DNA from: Bacteroidota bacterium
Lineage (GTDB): Bacteria; Bacteroidota; Bacteroidia; Sphingobacteriales; Sphingobacteriaceae
Length of the DNA: 64,000 nucleotides
Direction of reading: 5' to 3'
Assembly: GCA_040389105.1 (NCBI GenBank)
Contig: JAZKAO010000029.1
Coordinates: forward strand, 390 to 64,389
Positions 47,268 to 56,657 of the stretch are shown here, piece after piece. The translations under genes and the position numbers were made by a program. The first letter of the stretch is position 1. The number at the start of each line of letters is the position of its first letter. The notes beneath the pieces are model-generated. The model saw only the letters and a program-made list of their open reading frames with translations, was not told where the DNA came from and ran no database searches.

Positions 47268-48131
47268 TTAAAATATCCTACCCGAATAAACCATCGCCTC
47301 ATTAAACCGCGCCATATCAACGCCTGTAGCAATACCTTGCTCTTTTAGGTAAGCCAACACGTTTTCTGTCGCGATGTTGCCTGTAAGGTCATCTTTGGCC
47401 ATGGGGCAGCCGCCGTAGCCTTTTATGGTGGTATCAAAATGCCGGCAGCCACTTAGGTGGGCGGCATCTATCTTCTCGCGCCAGGTATCTGGTGTAGAGT
47501 GCAGGTGGATGCCAAAATCCACTTCCCGAAAGGTTTGTGTAAGCACTGGGTATATTTCCCTGATCTGATCAGGCGTTGCCGCGCCGACGGTATCGGCCAG
47601 CGCGATATGCTTAATATCTGCAGATGCCATTTTTTCGGCCCATTTTAGTACAAGGTCGGCGTTCCATTCATCCCCGTAAGGGTTACCAAAACCCATGGAC
47701 AGGTAAACCAGTAATATCTTATTTTTTTGCAGGCATAAGTCCTGCATTTGTTTCACCAAATCAAAAGACTGATTGATAGTTGAGTTGGTATTGCGCTTTT
47801 GGAACGTTTCAGAGATAGAAAAAGGATAACCGAGGTAAGTTACCTGCCGGTGGCTCGCGGCTTCCTCAGCGCCCCTGTAATTGGCTATAATGGCCAATAG
47901 TTTTGATTGGGTACTATCCATATCCAGCAGATCCAGTACGGCGGCGGTATCCTGCATTTGCGGGATAGCTTTGGGCGATACAAAACTGCCAAAATCTATC
48001 GTATCAAAACCGCACTTTAATAGCAGGTTAATATAAGTCGCCTTGATGTCAGTCGGCACAAAATCGTGCAGGCCCTGCATGGCATCGCGGGGGCACTCGG
48101 TTAGTTTAATAGGTAATGATGAATCTATCAT
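47268..48131 (-). CDS. Hydroxymethylglutaryl-CoA lyase
   Basis: ECPRDAMQG, GSFVSPKAIPQM, LADTVG, HLH, GYGGCP. Confidence 0.9.
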   Translation of the reverse strand: MIDSSLPIKLTECPRDAMQGLHDFVPTDIKATYINLLLKCGFDTIDFGSFVSPKAIPQMQDTAAVLDLLDMDSTQSKLLAIIANYRGAEEAASHRQVTYLGYPFSISETFQKRNTNSTINQSFDLVKQMQDLCLQKNKILLVYLSMGFGNPYGDEWNADLVLKWAEKMASADIKHIALADTVGAATPDQIREIYPVLTQTFREVDFGIHLHSTPDTWREKIDAAHLSGCRHFDTTIKGYGGCPMAKDDLTGNIATENVLAYLKEQGIATGVDMARFNEAMVYSGRIF

Positions 48132-49261
48132 ACAATTAAATGTGGTACAAACCTGCTTAAATTATCGGTGATCAATCCGCTCGACTCCCTGATGCCTATA
48201 CCGGCCGGTTGCTGGCCGATGATCCAACTGCCAATAACGGGGAAATTGCCGTCAAAATTTGGCAACTTGCAAAGCTCCTGGTAAATATAGCCCTCCTCGC
48301 CGTAATCGCCACCGCTGCTGGCTATTACCTTTTCGTTCTCTACAATGGTAATATTAGCGCCCTCGCGCGATAGGATGGGTTTTTTTACATAATCCTTTAA
48401 ATTGCCCCGCGTAAAGTAAGCCGGCAAAAGGTTTTTATGATAAGGGAACAATTGCCATAATACCGGCAGTATGGCCTTATTGCTTAATATCATTTTCCAG
48501 GTTGGCTCCACCCAATAAGCGTTCAGGGTATCGTTCACCAGGTTTTGGCCAAAATCCTCGTTCACCATCCACTCGTAGGGATAAAGCTTGAAAATATTAC
48601 GGATGGGTTGATTGTCCAGATCTACAAAAAAGCGGTTATCGTTATCCCAGCCAATATCATCAATAAAAATAAAATCGGTTTCCAAGCCGCCCTGCATGGC
48701 GCAGTCCTGCATGTAAACGGTGGTAGTATAATCTTCTAGACTATCCTTTATGCAGGTAAAATACAGCTTATCATCGTGCAGATAGTTTTTCAGATATTTC
48801 CAGTAATCTATTAGCTTTTCGTGCATGGAATTAAACTGATCCTTAGGTTCGTCAAAGTCCTTTAGCCAAAACCATTGCACTATTGATGCCTCGTACAACG
48901 ATGTCGGCGTATCGGCATTAAACTCAATTAACTTTGGTTCAAACCGGCCATCATATTGTAAATCAAACCGGCCGTATATAGCCGGGGCATCATTATTCCA
49001 CGAATTGATAATATGGGGAACTATAAAGGCAGGGATTTTAAAGGTATCGAACAAGTTATGGTCTATCACATGCTGAACAGCCTGGATGCACATCTCCCAT
49101 AATTCGGCAGTGGCGTTTTCCAATTGCGCTATCTGCTGCGGGGTAAAGGTATAATAAGCCGATTCATCCCAATAAGGCACATCCGTACTATGGAAGTTGA
49201 AGCCTAAGTCTTCAACCGTTGTTTGCCAGTTATTGCGGGGTGTAGTTTTAAAGCGTTGCAT
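48128..49261 (-). CDS. Glutathionylspermidine synthase-like ATP-grasp ligase (YgiC/YjfC type)
   Basis: YWDES.YY.F, YGRFDL, EFNADTPTSLYE, IFKLYPYEW, KKPILSREG.N, YIYQ, PVIGSW. Confidence 0.92.
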   Translation of the reverse strand: MQRFKTTPRNNWQTTVEDLGFNFHSTDVPYWDESAYYTFTPQQIAQLENATAELWEMCIQAVQHVIDHNLFDTFKIPAFIVPHIINSWNNDAPAIYGRFDLQYDGRFEPKLIEFNADTPTSLYEASIVQWFWLKDFDEPKDQFNSMHEKLIDYWKYLKNYLHDDKLYFTCIKDSLEDYTTTVYMQDCAMQGGLETDFIFIDDIGWDNDNRFFVDLDNQPIRNIFKLYPYEWMVNEDFGQNLVNDTLNAYWVEPTWKMILSNKAILPVLWQLFPYHKNLLPAYFTRGNLKDYVKKPILSREGANITIVENEKVIASSGGDYGEEGYIYQELCKLPNFDGNFPVIGSWIIGQQPAGIGIRESSGLITDNLSRFVPHLIV

Positions 49262-49267
49262 AATAAA

Positions 49268-49576
49268 TTACGAAGAAGATGAAGCATGAAACCCGCCAGT
49301 GCGCCCAAAGCCACCGCGCGATACGCTGGACGATGAGGCATGCACCCCCGCGTTTGAATATCCCTGGTGCACGTATCCCGCGCTGCCGCCATAGCTGTAG
49401 GGATAATACATGCCATAAGGCCTAAATATGTAATAACCGTGGTAACCACTATTGGCAGGCGTATAATTACCCGTTGTATCGGTACGCATGTATAGGTGGT
49501 TTTGTTCAGGTTTATTACGGTTGCAGCCCAGCAGGGCGGTAACCAGTACCAATGTAATAGCTTTCGATTTTTTCAT
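49268..49576 (-). CDS. Small lipoprotein with Gly/Ser/Tyr-rich tail ending in SRGGFG (YgiB/YjfM-like role)
   Basis: Lipobox LLGC; tail ASSSSVSRGGFGRTGGFHASSSS. Confidence 0.8.
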   Translation of the reverse strand: MKKSKAITLVLVTALLGCNRNKPEQNHLYMRTDTTGNYTPANSGYHGYYIFRPYGMYYPYSYGGSAGYVHQGYSNAGVHASSSSVSRGGFGRTGGFHASSSS

Positions 49577-49584
49577 CTGCGCGG

Positions 49585-49917
49585 CTATTTAATGGTGACA
49601 AAAAAATCGTAATCCTTAGGTATATTCACGCTTTGTGTATCGCCATTATCGTTTTCAGCCTCGGTTTTAACATGGCCTAAGGATGGGATAGTATCGTTCA
49701 CATCAAATTCTTTCACCTTTGTACCTTTGTTCCAAACCACATAGTGAGTAGTCATCAGGTCCTTTAACGAGTCGAGATGTTTGGTATGGAGTGTAACTTC
49801 AATGCTGCCGTTCTTGTTCACCTCCTTGGCTTTGTCGTTGTTATCGTCATCGCAGGCGGTTAAAAATAAAGCAGCTATAAATGCAATAGGTAAAAGTATT
49901 TTCATAAAATGGGTCAT
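49585..49917 (-). CDS. Small lipoprotein
   Basis: Lipobox LTAC followed by acidic DDDNND; TATGTTTG -7 box at 49926-49933. Confidence 0.8.
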   Translation of the reverse strand: MTHFMKILLPIAFIAALFLTACDDDNNDKAKEVNKNGSIEVTLHTKHLDSLKDLMTTHYVVWNKGTKVKEFDVNDTIPSLGHVKTEAENDNGDTQSVNIPKDYDFFVTIK

Positions 49918-50013
49918 CGTTTAATCAAACATACACCAAAGCGTATACTACTACAAATAGATGTGTTATGGGGCTATTTGTTACAGGTTAACCCATAAAT
50001 CACCCCACCCGGC

Positions 50014-51330
50014 TTATGATTCTGTTTTTGGCAGGTGCTTCGCATCCGAAGGTACATCATCACGCACAAACCTGCGGATAATTAACCGGGTGCCGCCATT
50101 ATAATTAATATAGCTGCCTATCCAGTTAATAAATACAATGATTTTATTACGGAAACCCAGCAACGATACCAGGTGTACAAACATCCATATCAACCAGGCA
50201 AAAAATCCCTGGAATTTGATCTTACCCAAATCGGCCACGGCTTTATTACGGCCAATGGTTGCTAACGATCCTTTATCAAAGTATTTAAACGGTTTGGTAG
50301 GCTCGCCCTTGATGATATGCACCAGGTTTTTAGCTACCTGCTGGCCCTGCTGCATGGCCACCTGCGCTACGCCTGGATGACCGTTTGGTGTGCCATCGGT
50401 AATAACAGCGGCCACATCGCCAATAGCAAATATATTGGTAGTGCCTTCAATCAGGTTAATAGCATCGGTTTTTATACGGTTGCCGCGTATAATGTTTTCC
50501 TTAGAGATCCCTTTCGGGATAACCCCCATTACACCTGCCGACCAAATCACTGTTTTGGTGCGGATGGTTTTGCCGTCCTCAAATTTTATAGTAGTACCAT
50601 CGTAGCTTTCCACCTTGGTATTCAGCATTACTACTACACCCATCTTTACCAGGAAATCCTTAGCACCTTTGGATGCTTCGTCGGACATGGGGCCTAATAC
50701 TTTGGGTAAAAAATCGACCAGGTACACGTTCATGTGTTCCTTGCTTAGTTCTGGATAGTCCTTAGGCAAAACATGGTTGCGCAATTCGGCCAATGCCCCG
50801 GCCAGCTCTACACCGGTAGGGCCGGCGCCAACCAGCACAAAGTTAAGGTAGGGTTCGCGGCCCTCCTTGCTTTTTTGCAGTACGGCTTCCTCCAGGTTTT
50901 GCAATATCAGGTAACGCAGGTTAAGCGCTTCGGGGATACTTTTCATGGGCATGGCATATTGCTCAATATCTTTATTGCCAAAAAAGTTGGTGGTCGATCC
51001 GGTGGCTATCACCAGATAATCGTATTTAATATCGCCAATGGAAGTATCCAATGTATTGGTTGCGGGTTCGATACCCATCACCTCGGCAATACGGAAGCGG
51101 AAATTTTTTTGGCTGCCGAAATTTTTACGGATAGAAAAGGCGATAGATTCGGCCTCTAAACTACCGGTGGCCACCTGGTAAAGCAGGGGCTGAAAAGCGT
51201 GGTAATTATGCTTATCCAGCATTAATACTTCAACGGGTTTATCTGCCAGGTTTTTGGCTACTTCAAGGCCACCAAAGCCGGCGCCTATAATAACTACTAA
51301 AGGAAATTTGGTTTGGGCTGCTGTTTCCAT
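50014..51330 (-). CDS. ndh: Type II NADH dehydrogenase (FAD-dependent)
   Basis: IIGAGFGG, FQPLLYQVATG, VGAGPTGVELAG, AIGD, KGSLATIGR; ATG 51330 preferred. Confidence 0.9.
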   Translation of the reverse strand: METAAQTKFPLVVIIGAGFGGLEVAKNLADKPVEVLMLDKHNYHAFQPLLYQVATGSLEAESIAFSIRKNFGSQKNFRFRIAEVMGIEPATNTLDTSIGDIKYDYLVIATGSTTNFFGNKDIEQYAMPMKSIPEALNLRYLILQNLEEAVLQKSKEGREPYLNFVLVGAGPTGVELAGALAELRNHVLPKDYPELSKEHMNVYLVDFLPKVLGPMSDEASKGAKDFLVKMGVVVMLNTKVESYDGTTIKFEDGKTIRTKTVIWSAGVMGVIPKGISKENIIRGNRIKTDAINLIEGTTNIFAIGDVAAVITDGTPNGHPGVAQVAMQQGQQVAKNLVHIIKGEPTKPFKYFDKGSLATIGRNKAVADLGKIKFQGFFAWLIWMFVHLVSLLGFRNKIIVFINWIGSYINYNGGTRLIIRRFVRDDVPSDAKHLPKTES

Positions 51331-51336
51331 ATTTTT

Positions 51337-51437
51337 AAGCTTAAAGCTGAATGCGCAAAGCATAAAGCTTTATGATCGATCGGGTTTTAACAAAGGTAAA
51401 AAGCTTTTTGCTTTCAGCCTTAGGCTTTCGGCTTTTT
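51337..51437. repeat. Inverted array of AAGCWKA / GCTTTYN heptamers
   Basis: AAGCTTA AAGCTGA ATGCGCA AAGCATA AAGCTTT, then GCTTTTT GCTTTCA GCCTTAG GCTTTCG GCTTTTT. Confidence 0.75.
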
Positions 51438-51448
51438 AGTATATTAAC

Positions 51449-51480
51449 AAAAAAGGCTCCAAATGTTCTTTGGAGCCTTT
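51449..51480 (-). terminator. Intrinsic terminator after secDF
   Basis: 12 bp stem AAAGGCTCCAAA / TTTGGAGCCTTT with an A-run (U tail on the minus strand). Confidence 0.8.
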
Positions 51481-51502
51481 GATATTGATAAAGATTACGT
51501 TC

Positions 51503-54475
51503 TTATTTCAAATCTTTTTTGCCAAAGTCTACAATAACCGGTGTGGCTACGCATATCGACGAATAAGTACCGAACACAACCCCGATTAACAATGCGAACG
51601 AGAAGCCGCGCAGTACATCGCCACCGAATATAAATAGCACTACCAGTACAAATATAACTGTTAAGGCGGTGATAATAGTACGGCTTAAGGTACTGTTAAT
51701 AGCCTGGTTAATAACAGCCTTAGGATCATCTGTTTTTGCATGGTGCAGTTCAAGGAACTCGCGGATACGGTCGAATACAACCACGGTATCGTTAATAGAG
51801 TAACCAATTACTGTCAATATGGCCGCGATGAACTTCTGATCGATATCCAGCGAGAATGGTAATACATCCTTAAAGATAGAGAAGAACGAAAGCACCAGTA
51901 AAGCATCGTGCGCGGTAGCGATCATGGCACCCAAGCTAAACTGCCATTTGCGGAAACGGATAAGGATATAGCCCGATATAACAATGATAGCGAATATTAC
52001 CGTCCATACAGCCGACGTTTTTAAGTCGTTAGCGATGGTTGGGCCTACTTTTTGCTGACCAATAATCTCAAACTTAGGGTCAACTTTAGCTACTGCTTTA
52101 CGCAAATCAGCTTCAACCTTAGCATCAACAGTAGGAGTTTGATCAGTGATCAGGTAGTTGGTAGTAATACGGATCTGTTTGTCCGAACCAAAAGTTTTTA
52201 CCTCGGTTTTACCCAAACCTAAATCAGCGTCAACCGCATCACGAATGGCTTGTGTTGAAATGGTTTTTGTAAACCTCATCTCGTAAGTGCGGCCACCCTG
52301 GAAATCCACACCGTAGTTAAAACCACGGAAGTACATAGAGATTAAGCCAAGCAGTATAAAAGTACCAGAGATGGCGTAGAATTTGAAACGGTTTTTAACA
52401 AACGCGTAGTTGGCGTTTTTAAAGGTGTGCGAACTCCATGGGTTAGAGAATTTGATATCCCAACCTTTTTCCAGCATCCACTCAAATATCAACCTTGAAA
52501 TTAATAACGAGCAGAACAGCGAAGTTACGATACCAATCATCAGCGTGGTTGCAAAACCCAGGATAGGGCCCGAACCAAATGTGGCTAATATTAAACCGGT
52601 AAGGAATGTACTGATGTTAGAGTCTAAGATAGACGGTAAAGCATGTTTAAAACCATCGGCAACCGCAATACGGATAGATTTGCCATGCGCCATTTCCTCG
52701 CGCACACGCTCATATATCAGTACGTTGGCATCTACCGCTATACCGAGTATTAAAATAATACCTGCTATACCATCCAGTGTTAACACAGCCCCTAAGCTGG
52801 TTAATACACCCATTAAAAAGAATACGTTAACAATTACCGCAACCACCGCGATTGTACCTGCACGGTTGTAGTAAGCAATCATAAATACTAATACTACGGC
52901 TAAGCCGGCTAAACTTGCCGCTAAACCGTGGTTAATAGATTCCTGACCTAATGACGGGCCTACAAATTCCTCGGACACGATACGTGCCGGGGCTGGTAAG
53001 CGGCCTGCTTTTAATATGTTGGCCAAATCCTTGGTTTCTTCCTGGGTAAAGTTACCGCTGATAGATGAACGGCCACCGGTAATTTCGTTGCTTACACGCG
53101 GAGCCGATACAATATTATCATCAAGCGAAATAGCTATCGAACGGTTATCATTCTCATCTTTAGGGTTACCTGCCGCGGCGGCGGTTACCCTTGCCCAGGC
53201 TTGTGCACCGTCCGAATTCATATCCATGGTAACCTCGTAAAGGCCGGTCTGCGGATTGATGTCGGAGTTAGCATCGGTAATAACACCACCGGTTAACACA
53301 GGACCATTGGTAGCACCTGATAATTTTAAAGCGTATAATTCAAATATTTTGGTTTTATCCATTGGCTTAATGCCCCAAACCAGTTTAAGGTTTTGTGGCA
53401 ATACAGCTTTAACTTCAGGTAACTCGAAGTAAGCGTGCACAGCGGCAGTATCTTTTTCAGATGCGTAACCAACAGCAGGGCCAGGGCGTAATGATTGCTG
53501 ACCGTTTTGCGCCTGGTAAGTTGCAGGTTGCAATTTAGCGAACAGCGGGTTTTCGGCTTCGGCTTTCAATTTGCCTTTTAACGATGAAGTATCCTTTGCA
53601 GCATCCTTTTTTACCTGGCTTAATAACGAGCCTGCTTTTTTAGCAGTATCGGTTTTGGCAACAGCAGCGGTTGCAGCAGTATCTTTACCCGTTTTAGCTA
53701 AAGTTTTGTTTTTGGCAGCTATGATACCGTTAACGTTTACCAGTAATTGGTAAACTTCCTGGTTTTCGTAAGTTTCGTAAAACTCCAGTTTGGCCGAACC
53801 TTGTAATAATTTACGTACACGCTCCTTATCGGTTACACCCGGTAATTCAACCAAAATACGGTTGGTACCTTGTTGTAACTGGATGTTTGGCTGTGTTACA
53901 CCAAATTTATCGATACGGGTGCGCAGAATGTTGAACGATTGGCCAACAGCAGTGCTTGCCTGATCTTTCAGGAAAGATTCAACTTCGCTGTTCGACGCGT
54001 CGAACTTTAAATGCGCCTGGTTTTCTTTTGTAGAGAAGATAGGGGCCAGTTTGCCATTAGGGCTAAGCTTTTTATATTCATCCATAAACAGGTTGATATA
54101 ATTGGCCGGGCTGGTTTTGGCATCCAGGCTGGCAGCGCTCAGGGCCCTGTTAAAATCAGGATCAGGATTGTTGTTTGCCAATGTTTTGATCAGTTCTCCT
54201 AACGAGATCTGCATTGTAACGTTCATACCACCCTTTAAGTCCAAACCCAGAGCAAGCTCTTTGCTTTGACAATATTGGTAGGTATGGTTAAATACCGGAT
54301 ACACCGGCTGCCCGGATATCGAATCCAAATAAGCCTTCCTTTTTTGTTCGTTCCCTTTTGAATAAACTTCGGCATCCCTCTCAACCTTCTTGGTCACCCA
54401 TGTAAATGATAGCTGATACAAGCATGAAACAGCCAGCAGAATGGCGAAAAATTTAATAACCCCTTTACCTTGCAT
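51503..54475 (-). CDS. secDF: Fused protein translocase subunit SecDF
   Basis: LGLDLKGG, GIAVDANVLI.ER, GVDFQGG, GYSINDTVVVFDRIRE; TAGATTTG -7 box at 54526-54533. Confidence 0.97.
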   Translation of the reverse strand: MQGKGVIKFFAILLAVSCLYQLSFTWVTKKVERDAEVYSKGNEQKRKAYLDSISGQPVYPVFNHTYQYCQSKELALGLDLKGGMNVTMQISLGELIKTLANNNPDPDFNRALSAASLDAKTSPANYINLFMDEYKKLSPNGKLAPIFSTKENQAHLKFDASNSEVESFLKDQASTAVGQSFNILRTRIDKFGVTQPNIQLQQGTNRILVELPGVTDKERVRKLLQGSAKLEFYETYENQEVYQLLVNVNGIIAAKNKTLAKTGKDTAATAAVAKTDTAKKAGSLLSQVKKDAAKDTSSLKGKLKAEAENPLFAKLQPATYQAQNGQQSLRPGPAVGYASEKDTAAVHAYFELPEVKAVLPQNLKLVWGIKPMDKTKIFELYALKLSGATNGPVLTGGVITDANSDINPQTGLYEVTMDMNSDGAQAWARVTAAAAGNPKDENDNRSIAISLDDNIVSAPRVSNEITGGRSSISGNFTQEETKDLANILKAGRLPAPARIVSEEFVGPSLGQESINHGLAASLAGLAVVLVFMIAYYNRAGTIAVVAVIVNVFFLMGVLTSLGAVLTLDGIAGIILILGIAVDANVLIYERVREEMAHGKSIRIAVADGFKHALPSILDSNISTFLTGLILATFGSGPILGFATTLMIGIVTSLFCSLLISRLIFEWMLEKGWDIKFSNPWSSHTFKNANYAFVKNRFKFYAISGTFILLGLISMYFRGFNYGVDFQGGRTYEMRFTKTISTQAIRDAVDADLGLGKTEVKTFGSDKQIRITTNYLITDQTPTVDAKVEADLRKAVAKVDPKFEIIGQQKVGPTIANDLKTSAVWTVIFAIIVISGYILIRFRKWQFSLGAMIATAHDALLVLSFFSIFKDVLPFSLDIDQKFIAAILTVIGYSINDTVVVFDRIREFLELHHAKTDDPKAVINQAINSTLSRTIITALTVIFVLVVLFIFGGDVLRGFSFALLIGVVFGTYSSICVATPVIVDFGKKDLK

Positions 54476-54588
54476 TGTTATTTTGTATGTATATATTTAG
54501 TTTATAGCCTTTTTAAATAAGACGGCAAATCTAATAAAATTTCGCAACCCAAAAATTTTAAATTAAAACAATTTGATGACAAAAAATG

Positions 54589-55071
54589 TTAGCGCCGTTG
54601 CAGGGTGATGAATGAGTAGGGGATGGCGTGCTTTTCGTCGGTCCCGTGGTCTTCCCGTTCGGTCTCTGCCCACTCGTGGTAATTAATGGACGGGAAAAAG
54701 GCATCGGCATCAAATTCCTGGTGTACAATGGTTAAATAAATGCGGTTAGTTACCGGCATAGCCAGTTTATAAATTTCGGCGCCGCCTACAATAAATACTT
54801 CGGGCTCACCCGTACATAAGACCAGTGCTTCATCAACAGATGCTACTACCTCGCAACCTTCAATAGCTATTTTTTGGCGGGTGATGATAATATTGCGGCG
54901 GTTAGGCAGGGGTTTACCCACCGAATCATAAGTTTTGCGGCCCATAATTACGGTATGCCCGGTGGTGATCTGCCTAAAATGCTTCAGATCGTTAGGCAAA
55001 CGCCATAACAATTCATTATTTTTGCCAATGGCATTATTTTCGGCTATGGCTACTACGGCGGATATGATCAT
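54589..55071 (-). CDS. folA: Dihydrofolate reductase
   Basis: AIG.NN.LLW.LP.DL.HF, IMGRKT, PLPNRRNII, IVGGAEIY. Confidence 0.97.
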   Translation of the reverse strand: MIISAVVAIAENNAIGKNNELLWRLPNDLKHFRQITTGHTVIMGRKTYDSVGKPLPNRRNIIITRQKIAIEGCEVVASVDEALVLCTGEPEVFIVGGAEIYKLAMPVTNRIYLTIVHQEFDADAFFPSINYHEWAETEREDHGTDEKHAIPYSFITLQRR

Positions 55072-55445
55072 ATAGAAATTGCTTTTGCTTCGAGCCAGGC
55101 TTTGATCTCATCAAAACGAATTTCGCCCATGCTTGCAGAGATCACAAAATCGTACTGATCATTTTGACTAACGTTAATAATTAATTGGTTTTGAGCCAAT
55201 ATTAAAAGCATTAAACCATAAGCTATACGCTTATTGCCATCAACAAAAGGATGGTTGATTATCAGACTTTCAAGTATTGCCGCCGCCTTATCAATTGGAG
55301 ATGGATAAAGATCTTGTTCATCAAATGTCATGTACGGACGAGCAAGGGCTGCTTCTAATCCTCCTAAATCTCTAACACCCATACTTCCGCCAAATTGATC
55401 TATTAACTTGTTATGGCGCCTTATAGCCTCATTAACAGTGATCAT
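55068..55445 (-). CDS. doc: Doc (death-on-curing, Fic superfamily) toxin
   Basis: GVRD.G.LEAALARP, KAAA..ESL, HPFVDGNKRIA. Confidence 0.92.
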   Translation of the reverse strand: MITVNEAIRRHNKLIDQFGGSMGVRDLGGLEAALARPYMTFDEQDLYPSPIDKAAAILESLIINHPFVDGNKRIAYGLMLLILAQNQLIINVSQNDQYDFVISASMGEIRFDEIKAWLEAKAISI

Positions 55446-55630
55446 TTAGCAAGTCGTTCAAATACTTCTTTGTTGTCGGCTATGATTTTTTCGAAAAGTT
55501 GATCGCGTTTTAACTCTTCTTCAGAACGTTCCTGAATTTCCTTTAATAGTTTGAAGGCTTCCTGCAATGCACTTTCAGGGATATGATCTATCACTTTGTG
55601 CATTTCAGTTTTTATTTCTATCGCTGTCAT
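55442..55630 (-). CDS. Putative antitoxin of Doc (62 aa)
   Basis: Small helical ORF directly upstream of doc with ATGA overlap; C-terminal IIADNKEVFERLAK resembles Doc-binding helices. Confidence 0.75.
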   Translation of the reverse strand: MTAIEIKTEMHKVIDHIPESALQEAFKLLKEIQERSEEELKRDQLFEKIIADNKEVFERLAK

Positions 55631-55667
55631 AACTCAAAAATACAAAAAACTTAATATTAAAGCAAAA

Positions 55668-56489
55668 TTACACCGCCACCGCCCCTTTAATATGCGGCCA
55701 TGGATCGTAATTCTCCAACGTAAAATCCTCAAACTTAAAATCAAAGATATCCTTTACATCCGGATTGATCTTCATTGTAGGTAGGGGCCTCGGTTCGCGG
55801 CTTAGTTGCAGGTTGGTTTGCTCGATATGGTTATTGTACAAATGCGCGTCGCCAAAGGTGTGGATAAAGTCGCCGTAATCCAGATCGCAAACCTGTGCCA
55901 TCATCATGGTCAGTAACGCGTACGATGCAACGTTGAATGGCACGCCCAAAAATATATCTGCGCTGCGCTGGTATAATTGGCAGGATAGTTTGCCTCTCAG
56001 TTCGCCCTTCAGCGGGTCAGGAGGCGCTACATAAAACTGGAACAGGCTATGGCATGGCGGTAGGGCCATGTGTTCTACATCACCCACATTCCAGGCCGAT
56101 ACCATAATGCGGCGCGAATCGGGATTGTTCTTTAGCGTTTTCACTACCTGGCTAATCTGATCGATATGCCGTCCATCAGGCGTAGGCCACGATCTCCATT
56201 GGTAACCATAAACCGGCCCCAGGTTGCCATCGGCATCGGCCCATTCATCCCATATTTTTACGCCATTATCTTTCAGATATTTGATGTTGGTATCCCCGCT
56301 TAAAAACCAGATCAACTCGTGGATGATGGATTTCAGGTGCAGTTTTTTTGTCGTCACCAGTGGAAAGCCCCCTTGTAAATTAAAACGCATTTGGTAGCCA
56401 AACACACTGATGGTGCCTGTGCCGGTACGGTCGTGCTTTTGGGCGCCGTTTTCCAGTACGTGGCGCATCAGGTCGAGATATTGTTTCAT
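55668..56489 (-). CDS. thyA: Thymidylate synthase
   Basis: [40 protein letters not shown]. Confidence 0.98.
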   Translation of the reverse strand: MKQYLDLMRHVLENGAQKHDRTGTGTISVFGYQMRFNLQGGFPLVTTKKLHLKSIIHELIWFLSGDTNIKYLKDNGVKIWDEWADADGNLGPVYGYQWRSWPTPDGRHIDQISQVVKTLKNNPDSRRIMVSAWNVGDVEHMALPPCHSLFQFYVAPPDPLKGELRGKLSCQLYQRSADIFLGVPFNVASYALLTMMMAQVCDLDYGDFIHTFGDAHLYNNHIEQTNLQLSREPRPLPTMKINPDVKDIFDFKFEDFTLENYDPWPHIKGAVAV

Positions 56490-56491
56490 GC

Positions 56492-56580
56492 TTGAGTTGG
56501 ATTAGGTTGATTGGGTTGAATAAGTGAATGGTTGGAAAATAACTTAATCCAACTCAATCAACATAATCAACTCAATCAAC
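56492..56580. repeat. Inverted array of CAACWYAAT 9-mers in the thyA/ispE divergent region
   Basis: 13 bp perfect IR 56492-56504 / 56545-56557; CAACTCAAT CAACATAAT CAACTCAAT. Confidence 0.8.
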
Positions 56581-56657
56581 AACCGACCACAAAGAAAAAT
56601 AATCTATTTTTGGTATCCTACGGATGTTTAAAAATACAGGCTGTTGTTAAGAGAATT

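Noticed and set aside
47268-48131. HMG-CoA lyase overlapping the ATP-grasp ligase stop as part of the same system
   Set aside because: No mechanistic link is evident; most likely operon adjacency only.
51503-54475. secD-secF fusion
   Set aside because: This is the normal state in Bacteroidetes.
56532-56657. N/Q-rich N-terminal extension of ispE
   Set aside because: Encoded by the 9-mer repeat array and promoter region; the family start is MITFPNAK at 56658.
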